A DNA stretch of 58,431 nt, filler included, from Sluysia triapertura (GCA_046118255.1; 4 parts of 4 records of this genome joined end to end with filler, not necessarily neighbours in it), one strand, 5' to 3'. Counted from the first letter of the whole stretch, positions 10,705 to 25,689 are shown. Program-made: numbers and translations. Notes: generated by a model not told the origin, from the sequence alone.

Positions 10705-11520
10705 AGGGAATGTAAATGTAAAGCTAACAAACACACATACTTTGAAAGTTAATAGTAACACACATAATGTAAATGTAATATATCTAATTTTAGATTTAAA
10801 TCAATAATTTTTAAATTATAGAATTATTTAACACAAATTTATGTTTTAATTTTAAATCAATAATTTTTATGTTTTAGATTTAATACAAATTAATGCTTTA
10901 ATTAATTTTTATGTTATGGAATTATTTTGAAAAAAAATGATGTTAGGTAAGTCGTTATCATTTTTGATAAAATATTATTATTTATTATAAAATACGATTT
11001 TTATTATAAAATACAATTAGAAAACACGCTAGGTTTTTCAAATTAAAATTTATTAAAAAATTCATTTTGTTTCAATTATCTTTCAAGGTCATTGGACCTA
11101 TATAAATAGTTTTAAATTTTTGTAAAACGACACAATTAAAACACGTTGAATTCAAACGCCAATTCTTTGACAATTAGTTCTTACGCGATTTTGACTTCGA
11201 GCAGCAACAATAATTAATCCGATTCTATCCTTGCGAAATTTCATCGTTAGTTTGTTTTTTATAAGTTTTCCGTAATATTTAACATTACATTTTTAAACTA
11301 TACTTAAAATCTTATATAACATTGTACAGCTATCTTTTCATGATAGCTTATTAAAATATTACTTAAAATCATTATTTTTTGATTATATTTATAATCAATT
11401 TTAATTTATTATATTTATTACTTTTATTATTCGAATTTGTTTGTAATATATATTTGTGAAATAAAATTTTTATAATCTGTTATTCTAAATTTACAATAAA
11501 CTTTATAAAGTACCGGTTCA
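10705..11520 (+). repeat. Short purine tract plus LTR-like sequence (type B related)
   Basis: gaccaattttt..agggaa then TGTAAATG at 10711. ctatataaatag...acacaattaaaacac...ttctttgaca (11098-11172) matches 39295-39375. AATAAA near 11460 and 11496. Confidence 0.5.
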
Positions 11521-11789
11521 ACGTAAGAACCGCATTAAAATACTTTAAGTTTACAGGTTCTTTTTCTGAACCTTATTAAAATCTACATAAAAAAGGTTCG
11601 TTTCATCGAATCTGATTAAAATCTGATTTTTAAACATTTAAGTTCTTTAATTAAAGACCTCCTTATAAATTAACTAGAGCTTTTTAGCCAGTGAATATAA
11701 ATCCAACGGTTGCCCATTAAGTTAGTAAGCCCAATACGTTGGTGGACTCACCTATCATTTTTTAAGTTTTATTCTAAGCACACATTTTC

Positions 11790-12153
11790 TTACATTATTG
11801 AAAACCTGATAAAAGTATGGCATCACGATGACAAGATCAAAGACTTGTGTCCCAAGCTCATCCGTGGCATGCCTTTAAGGATCAAGAAATTATTGGATAA
11901 CAAAGTACTGCTACAGTAGTTTGTACACATTTGATTTGTGTTATGATTCTACATGAATAAAATTTCAGTATTTTTATCTATTATTTTTCTTTCACCAGAA
12001 TTTTTTAGAGAAAGCAGTTATTTTCCAACATTTTCCGCGACAATGTTTTTATACACTTGTATTTATACACTTTGGATTAAGTTTCAAGTATCCTTGAAAA
12101 ATGTTGAATTTATCACAAAAATGGTCTTTAGTCTAATAATTTGGCCACCACTG
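11790..12153 (+). mobile_element. Tc1-family transposon, 3' fragment
   Basis: [36 protein letters not shown] resembles the Tc1 transposase C-terminus. It ends in the TIR ctaataatttggccaccactg plus TA, the same TIR as at 44226 and 45259. Confidence 0.8.
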
Positions 12154-12226
12154 TATAATTATTATTTTCATATGAAAAAATTATTTTACATATTTATGAA
12201 TGTACTTATATTTAACTTTAAATTAA

Positions 12227-12434
12227 CCCTTTCAATACGACTTTTGGTCAGTGAAGATATTTCTATATAATTTAACTAAATATGCTCTAAATAAATAAAG
12301 GAACATGTTTACATAATTTCAGAAAAAATGCCTTAGAACACATATGTCCCTGCATTAGTTTAATTATGGGACTTTTCGCACCAGTAATTTTTGAACGTTC
12401 TCTGGAACTTATATATCCCACAGTATTGAAAGGG
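12227..12434. mobile_element. piggyBac-type MITE
   Basis: TTAA|CCCTTTCAATAC ... GTATTGAAAGGG|TTAA: perfect 12-bp TIR starting CCC, with a TTAA target duplication. Confidence 0.85.
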
Positions 12435-13502
12435 TTAAAAAAGCACAAAAATTTCTACCAAAAAATTCTTATACATATTTCATTCAAATAAAGAAAAGGA
12501 ATGTATCATTTGTATCATAAAAATAAGTATTACTGGAGATGTTTTAATAAATCTGGGAATCATGAACAATAAGTAAAGGTAATAAATGAAGTGAAAACAA
12601 TAAGAGATTGAACAATCTCATTTTTTACAAGATCTTTTTAACAAAATTATACTTGGAGAAGATTTTATAAAATGTGATTCAATAAGTAACTATCCAAACT
12701 AATGGAAAAAATCCAAGAGATGTTTTGTGGACGTTCCACTTTCTTTTTATTTTATTAAAACTTTGTCGAATTTTTACATAAAAATTCAATGGAAAATCTA
12801 TTTGCTAATTTAACTGAAGTAATTTACATAGAAAGCCTGTGAATTGTTACAATTTATTTCAGAATGATAAAGATTATGCTTAATCCAGTGATTAGACATT
12901 TTTATTCTTTGTTAAAATCAATTGTTATTTTATTTTCTGTCAAAGAATTCCATATGCTTTTATTATACAAGAGCTGATCCACTAAATGTTTTAATGGTTC
13001 TCCACTAATTTAACTATTCCTTAAATACAGAAAATGACCGTCACTTTTCATCAGTAAATTCGAGTAACAAAATAAATTAAAATACACTGAGTTTGATTTA
13101 ACATGCACTACATGCCAAATGATAGGGATTATAAAACGGTGCACCTTAGGAACCAATTTGAGGTAACTACTTACCTGCCACCAACATCGACCGTTTGGAT
13201 GCTAAATATTTTATTGAATTTATTCATGACTCATGTATATATTATATACTATCATTAATTGATCTGATTGTAAGCAATTACTAAGTAGTATGAATCTTTC
13301 AGTTTAATTAGTGATTATTTTTCAAATTCAATCAAAAATATAATTTTCATAAAAAAATAAGCTTGTTCAATGTTAACATTGTCACCTAAAGTTTTTCACC
13401 CAGCTAATGTTAAGATACAGCTCTATAAATGTTTTAACTGATATAATATTTTGATTCAAAATGTAAATAAAACGTAAGTATTATTAACCAAAATAAAATT
13501 AC

Positions 13503-14518
<1,016 letters not shown>

Positions 14519-15948
14519 CTGGAATAATAAATTCACCTTCAAATAAATGTTACTAAAAATAAAGTTGAAAAAATAAAATTTTACTAAGAATAAAAAAATT
14601 AAATTAAAAAGTAAGTAATAAAATATTATAAATATTATAAATGAAGTTTAAAAATTTCATATTATTATATTTAACGCTATAATATACAACTTTGAAGTAA
14701 TTATAACTTTTTAAAACAAAAAATAAATAAAACAATTTTCAAATTATATTATAATTAAGGTTCTAAAATATTTTAATATTATGCCTTATTTTGAGTAATA
14801 AAGACCTTTCTTTAAACTTAAATTGATTTCAATTTAGTCGTGATGATTTTAAATTTTGTGTTAATAAACTAATTTGAATGGTGAGTTTATTACTTTTCAC
14901 AAAGAACATAATTGGAATTTATGCAATAAATAATAAATTATGTAATAAAAGCAAATAATTAAGCACATGTAATTATGTTATTATATTTAGCGAAATTTTT
15001 CCTTTAGTATTCTTCTATGCTACTACTACTATTCTAATTTCTTGGTTATCATACAAAAGATCTCTAGTGACTTAGAGACATTTGTCAAATCACAGATATT
15101 AAGCCAGTAATAAAGAAAATTTCAAATAGTGAAGAATATTTTAATGTATAAATCCGTATAGTAAAATAGTATGTATAAATTAACAGGTTTCTATTTTGAG
15201 GCTAACTTACCGGAATTCATAAAATACAATAATTTGTTATAAATTTGGTTTCTTGTAAATTTCTTTTGAACTGTACCCAGTTTACTGTATTAACCTTCTG
15301 TGGTGTTTCAATTATACAAAATTCATTCTACATATTGTCATCTCGTCATATTCAACATAAGTCACAAGTAACAAATAACAAATCACAAAAATTAATATCT
15401 AAAAGATATTATTGTTTTTTACATCCAATATAATTCACAAACAATAAATTATGAATGACAAATTACTAATACAAATTCAATTATACTAAATTTGAATAAT
15501 CAATTGTGTCAACACTAATATTAATTTATCAACATCATAGTCCTTGTTTTTACTATTGTCATTATGAGTCATTATCGATTTAATTATTACTTATTTATAA
15601 ACACATATGGAAATGAGAGTTTCAGTTGAAAGCGTTGTCAGACTTGTTTGGAATGTAAATCAGATAGTTTACATGAATTGTCAAATCAGAAAAATACAAA
15701 TAGCACTAGCATGAAAATTATTTCGAACAGGACGATGACAGCGATATTGACAATGTTGAAGAAAATATTAGAAAAATGAAAAAAAACGTGCAAACAAGAA
15801 GATAACATTGACAAATCTAATAACAGTAATAGTGACAGTAATTATGAATGTGGTGAGTTGATGATGTTGATGATGATGAAAAGTCAATAAGACATAGTGC
15901 TACAGGATATATTACCAAAGTGAAACAGATACATTTATGCATTTATAG

Positions 15949-16175
15949 GTCATCTACTTGTCAAAACTATTGAAGGGGTATTAGAAATAGGACGGTTGTA
16001 TGGAATGATAGTAGTTAATGGAATTCAAACTGAATTAAGAAGTGAAGGTATTTTCATATATAAACGTTTAAATTTTAAAAGTTCGAATTTATTTGCTGCT
16101 AATTCACAAAAATTACGACCGGGAGACCGAATAATTGAGATAATCTCAGCTTTGAAGAATGTATACTTTGATTAA
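15949..16175 (+). pseudogene. PDZ-domain-like exon or fragment
   Basis: After the acceptor atttatag it reads HLLVKTIEGVLEIGRLYGMIVVNGIQTELRSEGIFIYKRLNFKSSNLFAANSQKLRPGDRIIEI; GIFI and AA..KLRPGDRIIEI are PDZ-like. Confidence 0.5.
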
Positions 16176-16237
16176 GAAGTCCATAAACTCAGTAAACTTG
16201 AAAAATGTGATTTAAAACCACTATGAAAATGATGATG

Positions 16238-16276
<39 letters not shown>

Positions 16277-16310
16277 ACATCTCCCAAAACAACAAAACAC
16301 ACATACCATA

Positions 16311-16410
16311 NNNNNNNNNNNNNNNNNNNNNNNNNNNNNNNNNNNNNNNNNNNNTTAATTAATTAANNNNNNNNNNNNNNNNNNNNNNNNNNNNNNNNNN
16401 NNNNNNNNNN
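16311..16410. other. Assembly spacer (N44-TTAATTAATTAA-N44)
   Basis: Identical 100-bp linker with six-frame stops, also at 31121 and 46448. Confidence 0.97.
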
Positions 16411-17949
16411 ATAATAAAAATAATAACAGTAATAGAAATTTAAGTATAAATGTTCGGAACCGCAATTTTGGCAGTTAACAAATAATAAAGAATTTGAAGA
16501 ATTGATTATTTGTAAACAGAAAAGAGTTTTAATCGTTAATATTGTTGATAATATTTATTTAATCAATTTACAAATTAAATAGTATTTTAGTAAGTCGTTT
16601 TTTAAAAATTTGTATTACAATGCTTTTCACTGGCTTATTCTTCTGAATAGATATTTAATAAAAAAATTATTTAGAAAAGTGTAAAAAATGTGGTATATTA
16701 ATTATTATTTGTTGAATACTTCTCTACTAATTCGAAATAATCGAATAAATGCTTGTTCGTTATTTTTTATGCTTGCAGTTTTCTGTAATTTAGGTTTGGC
16801 TTTCGTTTAATTGCACTGGTTTTTCTGATATTTGACCTACGGAAAAACATTTTGAGCAGGGTTCGGTTGCTATGTTTTTTAATTAAAGCAAAATATCAAA
16901 ATGGGTTAGTCTATACTGTACGTTTTATACCTAATAGGAGACATATGTACAGATAGACCAAAACTTTTTAAAAATTAATTTAAAAGCTTTTCTTTACCTA
17001 GTTTAAATCAAAATGACTCAAATCATAGAGTTTATTACTAAAAATGAATTAATGAAACTATTAAATTCAGTCATAAAAATAATATATTACAATAAAATAA
17101 TTTATTGATTATAAATTATTTTAATATAAATTTTATGATTAATTTAAAATAATTAGTAAAAAATAATTAAAAATTTAAGTAGATTTTGGTTCTACCTAAA
17201 GTACAAAAAGAGATAGGGTATTGTTTCCACTTGTATAATAATAATAACCAAATTGTGTGTAATTTATAGTGACTTGTGTGGAATTGCTAATTACCTTGTC
17301 CTATTTTATAAATAAACAGTAAATTTAATTTAATTTATTATCTATTTGTTTAATTGAATTTTGCTTAGTTTTTATTCGTTTGTTTTTGATTTATTTTAAA
17401 ATTATCTTAATTATTGTTTATTTTTAATTAATTTTAATTAAAGTTAATTAATTTTTATAATTGCAGGTGATTGCAGAAACACTAACACCATCTTTTACAT
17501 AATAACATTCTTACATGGTTATGGTAAACTCCTTACAAAGTAGAGTTGACGTTCCTGTAACTATATAAGCTAACAATATATCTTATTAAATGCTCACTAA
17601 GAATATCTAACAAATATTTTAATGAATTGTATAATCGAAATCAACGATTTATTTGTTGTGCATTTTACAATTAATCCTATCCCTAATTCTTTACCAAACA
17701 GAGTTAAATCCAATATTTTAACATTTTTAAAAGAAACAAAATTATTGTAACACTATAAAAATAAGATGAAAAGAATAAAAAAATTAATCAGATCAATTTT
17801 TATTTCAATAATATAAATTTAAGTGTATTTTATCCTTCAATGTATTGTGGAATTAAAATATATTTTACAAATGTTAACGTAGATTTTAGGATGCTGATTA
17901 TTTACGATTAGTATCACCTTAAAAAATATAACTTACGACAAGCATGGAA

Positions 17950-18296
17950 AAATCAGGTTCTGGTCGAGATTATGCCGAAAACATAGTATGATATGTGAAA
18001 TGGCTGATAGTAAGGAAACTTATGAGTAAATCCAAAAGTGTAGATAAAAGGTGGCAGAAAAATTGTTAAAATCCAAGATGGCGAGTGCAAAATAGTGAAT
18101 AATAATGAAGTGATGCTGGTTTATATACTAGTCATCAGCCAATAAGAATCGATGGTATGCTCTAGAAACTTACATTCTATTTTTAAAAACGAATTTTCTT
18201 TTTTGGAAAATAAAGTTTTTAAATTATTTTAAAGATTATTATGGTATTTTAAATGATTTGAAGGGTTTTGATGGCAAAATGTTTTACAATATCACA
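17950..18296 (-). repeat. Type-B LTR-like promoter block
   Basis: Minus strand: gaggacaaa..., then TGTGATATT...catcaaaaccc...aagaaaattcg..aaaaatagaa..tctaga..ATTGGCTGATG (CCAAT box)..TATATAAA..CGCCATCTTGG. Confidence 0.65.
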
Positions 18297-20375
18297 AATC
18301 TGTTTAGTTAATCCTTTTTGTCCTCTTTGGATTTTATTATTGTTTTGCTTATTACATATTCTTTTTGTATCAATAATTGTTAGAACAGATCATCTGTTAT
18401 TTTTCGTTCTTCTGTAGTTGCAGTTCTCCAAGATTTTTGGAAATAATTTCATTATTATTTGGTTATTCTAATTCACCTAAAATGGTCTCGTCTAGCGTTT
18501 CATTTCAATAGCGTATCAACATTTGCATTTTATTTTCAGGTTGGTTTGATTGTGTCAATTATTACCTTTCAAATGCTTTAACCTTGTTATATATTAAGCA
18601 CTATTTATAATATCAATTTCTTTTATTGGAGTGGTGCATTCTGGATTTTAGAGTTATGTTGTTTCAAATTCACGAATTCTTCGAAAGGGTTGTTTCTAAG
18701 GGTTGTTCACTGCAATTATCAACTAATATGAAAATAGAAACAATCATTTTCACAAAGTGTTTGAATTTTTTAACAATATTTGTAAAATATCTAAGCCTTA
18801 AGCTTATGATATTAAAATCACTATAATTATTACGTTTTTATTTGTTTATTTTTGTTATGACATTTTAATATTTATTGTTTAGATAATATATTTTTTGAGT
18901 AGTAAAGGAATTACCATTACTTAAATAAAATATTTATTAATTGATCTGACCATATAAAGGCTGATTTAACATATAAATTAATTATTAATCATACTGACAC
19001 ACCGTAATAAGGCTGTAACAGCACTCTCTACAAAGTACTGATTTAAATAAATTGTTAACATAATATTTTTAATTAACATAATATTTTAATTTAATATTTT
19101 TAAATAATATTTTTAATTTAATATTTTTAAATAATATTTTTAATTTAATATTTTTAAATATTAACATAATATTTAATTGATTAATTTAATTTAATTGAAT
19201 TTTAATAGATCCAGAAATAAAATAGTAAATTATCATTGTTATTATTATTTAGAATTTATTAACTGTGTTAGATTATTATTATTATTATCATTATTATTAT
19301 TATTATTACAATTAGAATTTAGTGATTGTATTATTATTAGAATTTATTGTACGTATATTAACTGTATTGATTATATGTATAGAATTTAAACTATATATTA
19401 GAAAAATTTATTGTAAACTATTAGTATTATTACATATTGATTAGTATTATATATTGACTGTTATAATAGAAAAATTTATTGTAAATCATATGAATTAATT
19501 TGAATACAATATTTACCAAAATTATATGAATTAAAAAACAGTATAAAAGAAGAAACAAAAATCGTTAGATTTTATTAACTGTGTTTAAACAAGAAGATGT
19601 ACAAAAAATGGATACGACCTAGCAATTCATCAACAACTGAAACCTAGGACATAATTAAATCATTAAACCTGACATAACCACTAGTCGATATCGATATATT
19701 AATTGAACTGGTAAGTGATCATTTATTGTTTTGTTCTTTGGATCTATTTTGTAAAATTATATATATTTTAACAACCATAAATAAATAATTTATTATTTTG
19801 TTTTTTTTAATTGAAGTATAAAAGTTAGTTGAGGGTGGTCTTAGTAATAAAATTATTTTAAAGAATATTATAGTTAAACATTAATTAAGCACTTCTATCC
19901 TAAACAGCAAGGACGAGTATATTGACTCATACCTCCAGTTAAGTTTAATATAAAGTAATAATATTAATCGAAGTTCAGAATAACTATAAATTTCATAAAG
20001 AGATTTGAATTGATAATATATAAGGACTTTTATAAAATAATATTCAGACATTTGAACTCGATACAGATTTAAAAGATAAAAGCTAAATTTCAAAGACTTA
20101 GAAGAAGCCGAGACTAAAATTTTACATTAAATTAACACTTAAACAATAAAAAATTATTACAAAATTGTTCCTTACTGAAGTTACATAATCTTCTTAGAAT
20201 ACCTTATAAGAGTTCAGGATTGTTTCCATACAAAATGAAATCTAATTAGAATGTCTCCGATCAGGTAAAAAATGTGTTTAATTAGTCGAATCGACCCTTA
20301 AGATTTATTTAGTAAGTGTAAGTTTAAGTTTTTATAGGTAAAACACTTTCAATATTATTTCATTATTACTTGTTT

Positions 20376-20423
<48 letters not shown>

Positions 20424-21599
20424 TTTAATTTATTTACAATAATATAATAACCAGTTGAAGGAAATATTAAAATAAAAAATAATTTTCTGCTTATTATTAA
20501 TAAATCTTAATAACATTAAAAAATAATTATTGTTATGAAAACAATATTTTTAAATACAAATTTTCTGTTCAAAGTTCTATTACAAATTTGAGTAAGTTGT
20601 ATAATTTTGTTTTAATGAATATTGTTTTAATGAATAAAAAAGTAAACAATTTTAGTATTTAATTCTAGACATTAATTAAATTTATTGTTCATTAAAATGT
20701 TTTTTAAATAAAATGAATGTATTAAATTTTATTTTTTAAATTATAAATAAATTGAAAAATAGTATCAAAGCTCACATTTTCATCAATATATTTAAATAAT
20801 GAATGGAAATAATGAATTTGCTACATAATTTAAATAATTGAGTATGAATATTATGATTTACATTTAGCGATTTATTTTGTGTTCAAATCTCATTAATATT
20901 ATTATCATTATAATTATCGTTAATATTATTATTTCTGTTGTTATAATATATTAATATTTATTACCATTTTTTTAATATTGCTGTTGTTTTCTTAACACTT
21001 AACTTACAACGAAATATTTTGAGCAGGGTTTGGCTACATTGAACAACTTTCAACATAGAGTATGCGTCTTTATAACTATAAATCAACAGATTTTATCTTT
21101 CGTCTAACATGTCTTCTATTTAGTTGTAATTTCCATTAGTGTACATATCTACGGTGTTTATTTAAGAGGGTCTAAAAATCAACGCCTATAAATAAAATTC
21201 AAATTAATTTAATTTCGACTTTCTTACCTTCTAAAATGATTTAATTCAAGTGTTTTCGCTAAATAATCGTATTCCTTTATATCACAAAAAGGGTTTAAAT
21301 GAAACAGTAAGTCGGAAAACGTTTATATTCAAAAATGCACAGCAGCAGTTAATAAAATAATTTACTTCCTACTAAACACGGATGGGGATAATAGACTCAA
21401 AACAATGAAATTCAAAAATTAAAGTTAAAATTAAAACCTAATCTAATAGAAGTTGTTACGAACGAATGATTCCAAACTTATTGTAGTCGAATTGAAGAAA
21501 ATATAAACTTTGAGGTTGCTTATTATCGTTAGTAATGAGTGGCGAATTCTCAGTTTGACAATAATGTATTAAACGTCTTCTAATTGTGGTTTTAAATAA

Positions 21600-21855
21600 A
21601 TAAAATGGCCGTTTATCAGACAAAGGTTACAAAGTAGATAATAAATAAAATGGCCTCTATGATTAAATTGATAGTAGTTTATATACGAATCATCAGCCAA
21701 TAAGTATCGATAGAACATTCTAGAAAATTCTTTTCTATTTTTAGAAACGAATTTTCTTTTTTAGAATATAAATTTCCTTTTTGAAAAATAGGATTTTAAA
21801 ATGATTTTTGAGGATTGTGATGGAATTTTAAATGATTTTAAATGGAAACCTCACA
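21600..21855 (-). repeat. Type-B LTR-like promoter block
   Basis: Clear match to 18115-18296 (gtttatatac..catcagccaataag.atcgat..tctagaaa..ctattttta.aaacgaattttc). Starts TGTGA on the minus strand. Confidence 0.65.
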
Positions 21856-24435
21856 ATATTAATGTTATTTATAATATGATAAAAATAACATCTTTATTAT
21901 TTTATTTCTGTTATATTTAAGTAAATTTTAATTTATTAATTGCTTTATATTTCAAATTTATATTATCATTTATAACTTTATGGATGGATTTATTTACAGA
22001 ATTCCTGCATGAGTTAGTCGGATTTCACATAGAAGATTTGGTTTATCATTATCATAAAATATTCGTTTCATTTTTAAACATTCTTAATACTTAATTTTAC
22101 TCTTTGTAAAGCGCATTTTTAAATAACATTTCTTATCATTTTTATTTATGACAAAACATTTTAATAACATTTTTGTTTATAAAACATATTCTGTAAAAAA
22201 TAACATTATAATACTTTTATTTGTTAATATAACATTTTTAAACTGAAACAATAATTTTTGATAGTAAATGTTTTTATTTTTTGTATTTTATAGTTATTTT
22301 TAATAATTTATCTTTATAATAGTCATTATAATTTATTGAAAATTAGAAAATGTGGTTTATAAATATAAAAATAATGTCGTTTCAGTTTATGATCCGAGAA
22401 ATTTACAACTTAAATATGTTTATTTTATCTTCTAAAAGTAATTAAAAAAATAATACAAAATATTTTTATAATAATTTTACATTGATTTTGTTGTGATAGC
22501 AAATAAGTATTTAAAGCAAGAGAAATTTTTATGATCAGACAATACAAGGATTTGTTTTAAAACGTCACTAACGTGACAATGGTTTAAAGATTTTTGATAA
22601 ATTTTTAACTTCATATAACTTCATAAATTTGATTTTTCCAATTCATTATATCAATTTGGTAGAAATTTTCTAATCACACGATTTGATCTTTGCTTAACAA
22701 TCAATTTTCTCAGATGATAATTTGTGATTATGTAAGTTAATTATTTTCAAGGTCGCTTAGATAATCTTAGCATTAATTTATTACAAACCAAGTATTCACC
22801 TGGTTTAATTTAATTTAATTAAAATAACGATTAAATTTAGGAACATTTCCTTCATTTTTAATATATACATATATTTTATTATAATTTTTGATTTTATATA
22901 ACTTGATTTTGTTATAATTTCTATGTATTTGTCAATCGTTATTTATCATTTTTGTTTTATAATAAAAATTACGTTAATTATTTGTTTTGTTATTAATAGT
23001 GAAATTTCGAATAATAGTTTAAACGAAAGATTTGAAACTAATAATTAAAATAAGTCACGAAACAGTATTCGAATTAACTAAAATAAAATTAAGTTGTTAA
23101 ACAAAGACTGGAAAGTTAAATTAATTGTGGAATAAAGGTAGATAATTAAAACTAAGTCAAAGGATTTAATAAAAGAAAAAATTATTAATTGTTAAGAGTT
23201 TAGAGACCCTCAGAACAAAGGCAATTTCCTATTATTTCTCATTCTGCATTAAGATTTAGGAAGTCTTTTAGCAGAAGCATTCTTGTAAATATAAAATCTT
23301 GTTGTGTCTTTAACAAAATAAATCACAAGTTGCAGGCGGATCCAAAATAAATTTCTATACTTGTTCGTGTAAATACATTAAAAACACCAACATTTTATCT
23401 ATCAATTCATCTGATAGATCCTGTCGCGGTGCGTAGTTTTACCTTATATTTAAATAAATATCTTTAATATTTTATTGTGTATTATCGACTGTAATTAGTA
23501 ATATTCTTCTTATCTTACCAGTAAAATATAATTAGTTACGATGGGTTCGCCTGCAGAACGCAGTTTACGTTCTGTTTACAGGATTTAGTTTTAAATTTAA
23601 ACAGAGAAGCTAAAAATTATGTTGAAGCTAAAATTATTCTAGCTATCAAATACAGAAAGATTTGATTAAGATGACAGATTATAAAAAATATTTTGATGCG
23701 AAAATTATTTTAGCTGATAAATATAGTCAAATATTAATAAAGATAAATATTCTAAATAAATAAAATAAATATTCTAAAGCAAAGATTAATTTAAGTGGTA
23801 GATGCAGCATTCAAGATTGTAATCACTTAAGTCACGATTACAGCGTTGTCTTTATTAGATGATTAAACTTTATTATTCAAAAACCAATAAATTAATATAT
23901 TACGTTACTTACCTAATATCATAACATTGCTATGGTTTATTATAATCCTACTAACATAAATGAATTTTAAATTTTAGTGAGTTCGCCTGTAGTCCAAGAC
24001 TTACTCACTCAAGAGCTTTTTCAGAGGATTTTCAAACGATTAAATAATGGTAAAGATTATCACTTATGTTAACTTTTTCAAAAATCAGTTTCTATAATTA
24101 CTCTAAAAAAATTAGTGTTTGTCTCGATCATTTATTTATAAGAGATTTTAAGTCCTTACTTAAAGTAGGACTGAAAAACATATTTTATGGGTTTATTTAA
24201 AATAATCCGTTAAAAAATTGTAACTATAATAAACTCCGTGCGCAGATTATCCGCGGATAATACTTAGAAAATGCTTAATTTTTTAAATAAATACGCATCT
24301 ATTTATTTTAAGCACAATTTTAATTTTATTGATTTGTTATTGATTTACTGTATGTATTTTTATTTTTCTTTAGGTTTAAAATTGTAATTAAAATTAAATT
24401 TTTTAAAAATTATTTTAGAAAAATACTATATCGCA

Positions 24436-24755
24436 ATGTCAAATAATCGCAAAAGAGTTGTACTGACTGTGAAACAAAAACTTCAGTTAATTGAAATGAG
24501 TGAAAAGGGTAAATCCACATCGAAACTTTCGTAAGAATGCGGAGTTGATGCTCACACAGTTCGAGATATAATTAAGCAAAAAAGAAAGTTGAAGAAGTGA
24601 TATTGGTTCAGGTACTCATATGAAGACCTTCTGATACAGCTATGCTTAAATGGTTTAATCAAAAACGAGCAGAAGAAAAGCCAATTACAGACTCTGTAAT
24701 TGCACATAAAGCCAAATTCTTTTATGATTCATTGGGATTAAAAGACGACTTTTAA
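24436..24755 (+). mobile_element. Tigger/pogo (CENP-B-like) transposase N-terminal remnant
   Basis: MSNNRKRVVLTVKQKLQLIEMSEKGKSTSKLS*ECGVDAHTVRDIIKQK (CENP-B N-terminal HTH), then DTAMLKWFNQKRAEEKPITDSVIAHKAKFFYDSLG (second HTH). Confidence 0.85.
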
Positions 24756-25689
24756 TAAACAATGTTGATGTACATTTATCGTGTTACAATTATTAGTGAA
24801 TTGGGTGGGTTAGAATATTTTTATGAGCATTACGTTCCAATAACAGATATGCAAAAAATGATTAGTTTTGCATCGTATGTGTCAATTAGAGGTGTTTATA
24901 AAAATGTCATACTCGACTTTGATGAAAAAATAATTTAAAAATTGATTATATCTGTAAATACATGTTTAGAATACAATATTTATCTATGATAATGACTAAT
25001 AGACCAATTTATAATATTTACCTATGACATATTGTTATTGATTTTAAATCATTATTCATTTTATGCATAAAATTACTTAATTTTACAATTTTGTTTGGAA
25101 GTTTATCAAAAGTACGTATAATTTTAAATTTATTATACTAATTTATTAAACTAATTATATTTAGTTTATTGTAAATTATTAATCTATATTATAACCATTT
25201 GGTAATTTATCTTACGTTTTACATTTTTATTAATAAATTGTTTAATTTGTGTTTGCCATTCATTTTTATAGATTTAAAATCTTAAAATCAACCGATTATA
25301 CGTTTTCCTATACTAGAAGTTAACTCTAGTAAGAAAAATCTGTTTTTCTGATCCCATATCACGGGATTTACGTAATATTACAACTTAAAATTATTACATT
25401 TAATATATAATTAACTTGATTTAAATCACTTAAAAATTCACCTCCAGAATTAAGTTAGTTGACAAGACCTATCTTTAAAGTAAAGTATTATTTCTTGTAT
25501 TAAAAAATACAACGGCTGGCCCTCACTGGTAAGTCCAGTACGTTGGTGAACTCACGCAGATTTTTAAATTAATAAATCTTTACACATTTCTTACATATTG
25601 TTCACGGCAAGCAAATAAAAGGCAAGAATGAATATCCAGTAAATATAAAATTTGTTAAGCCAAAATTAACTACAAATGAAAATTTAGTT

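Noticed and set aside
16311-16410. TTAATTAATTAA palindrome inside N runs as a biological site
   Set aside because: The same 100-bp construct appears three times and puts stops in all six frames; it is an artificial contig linker.
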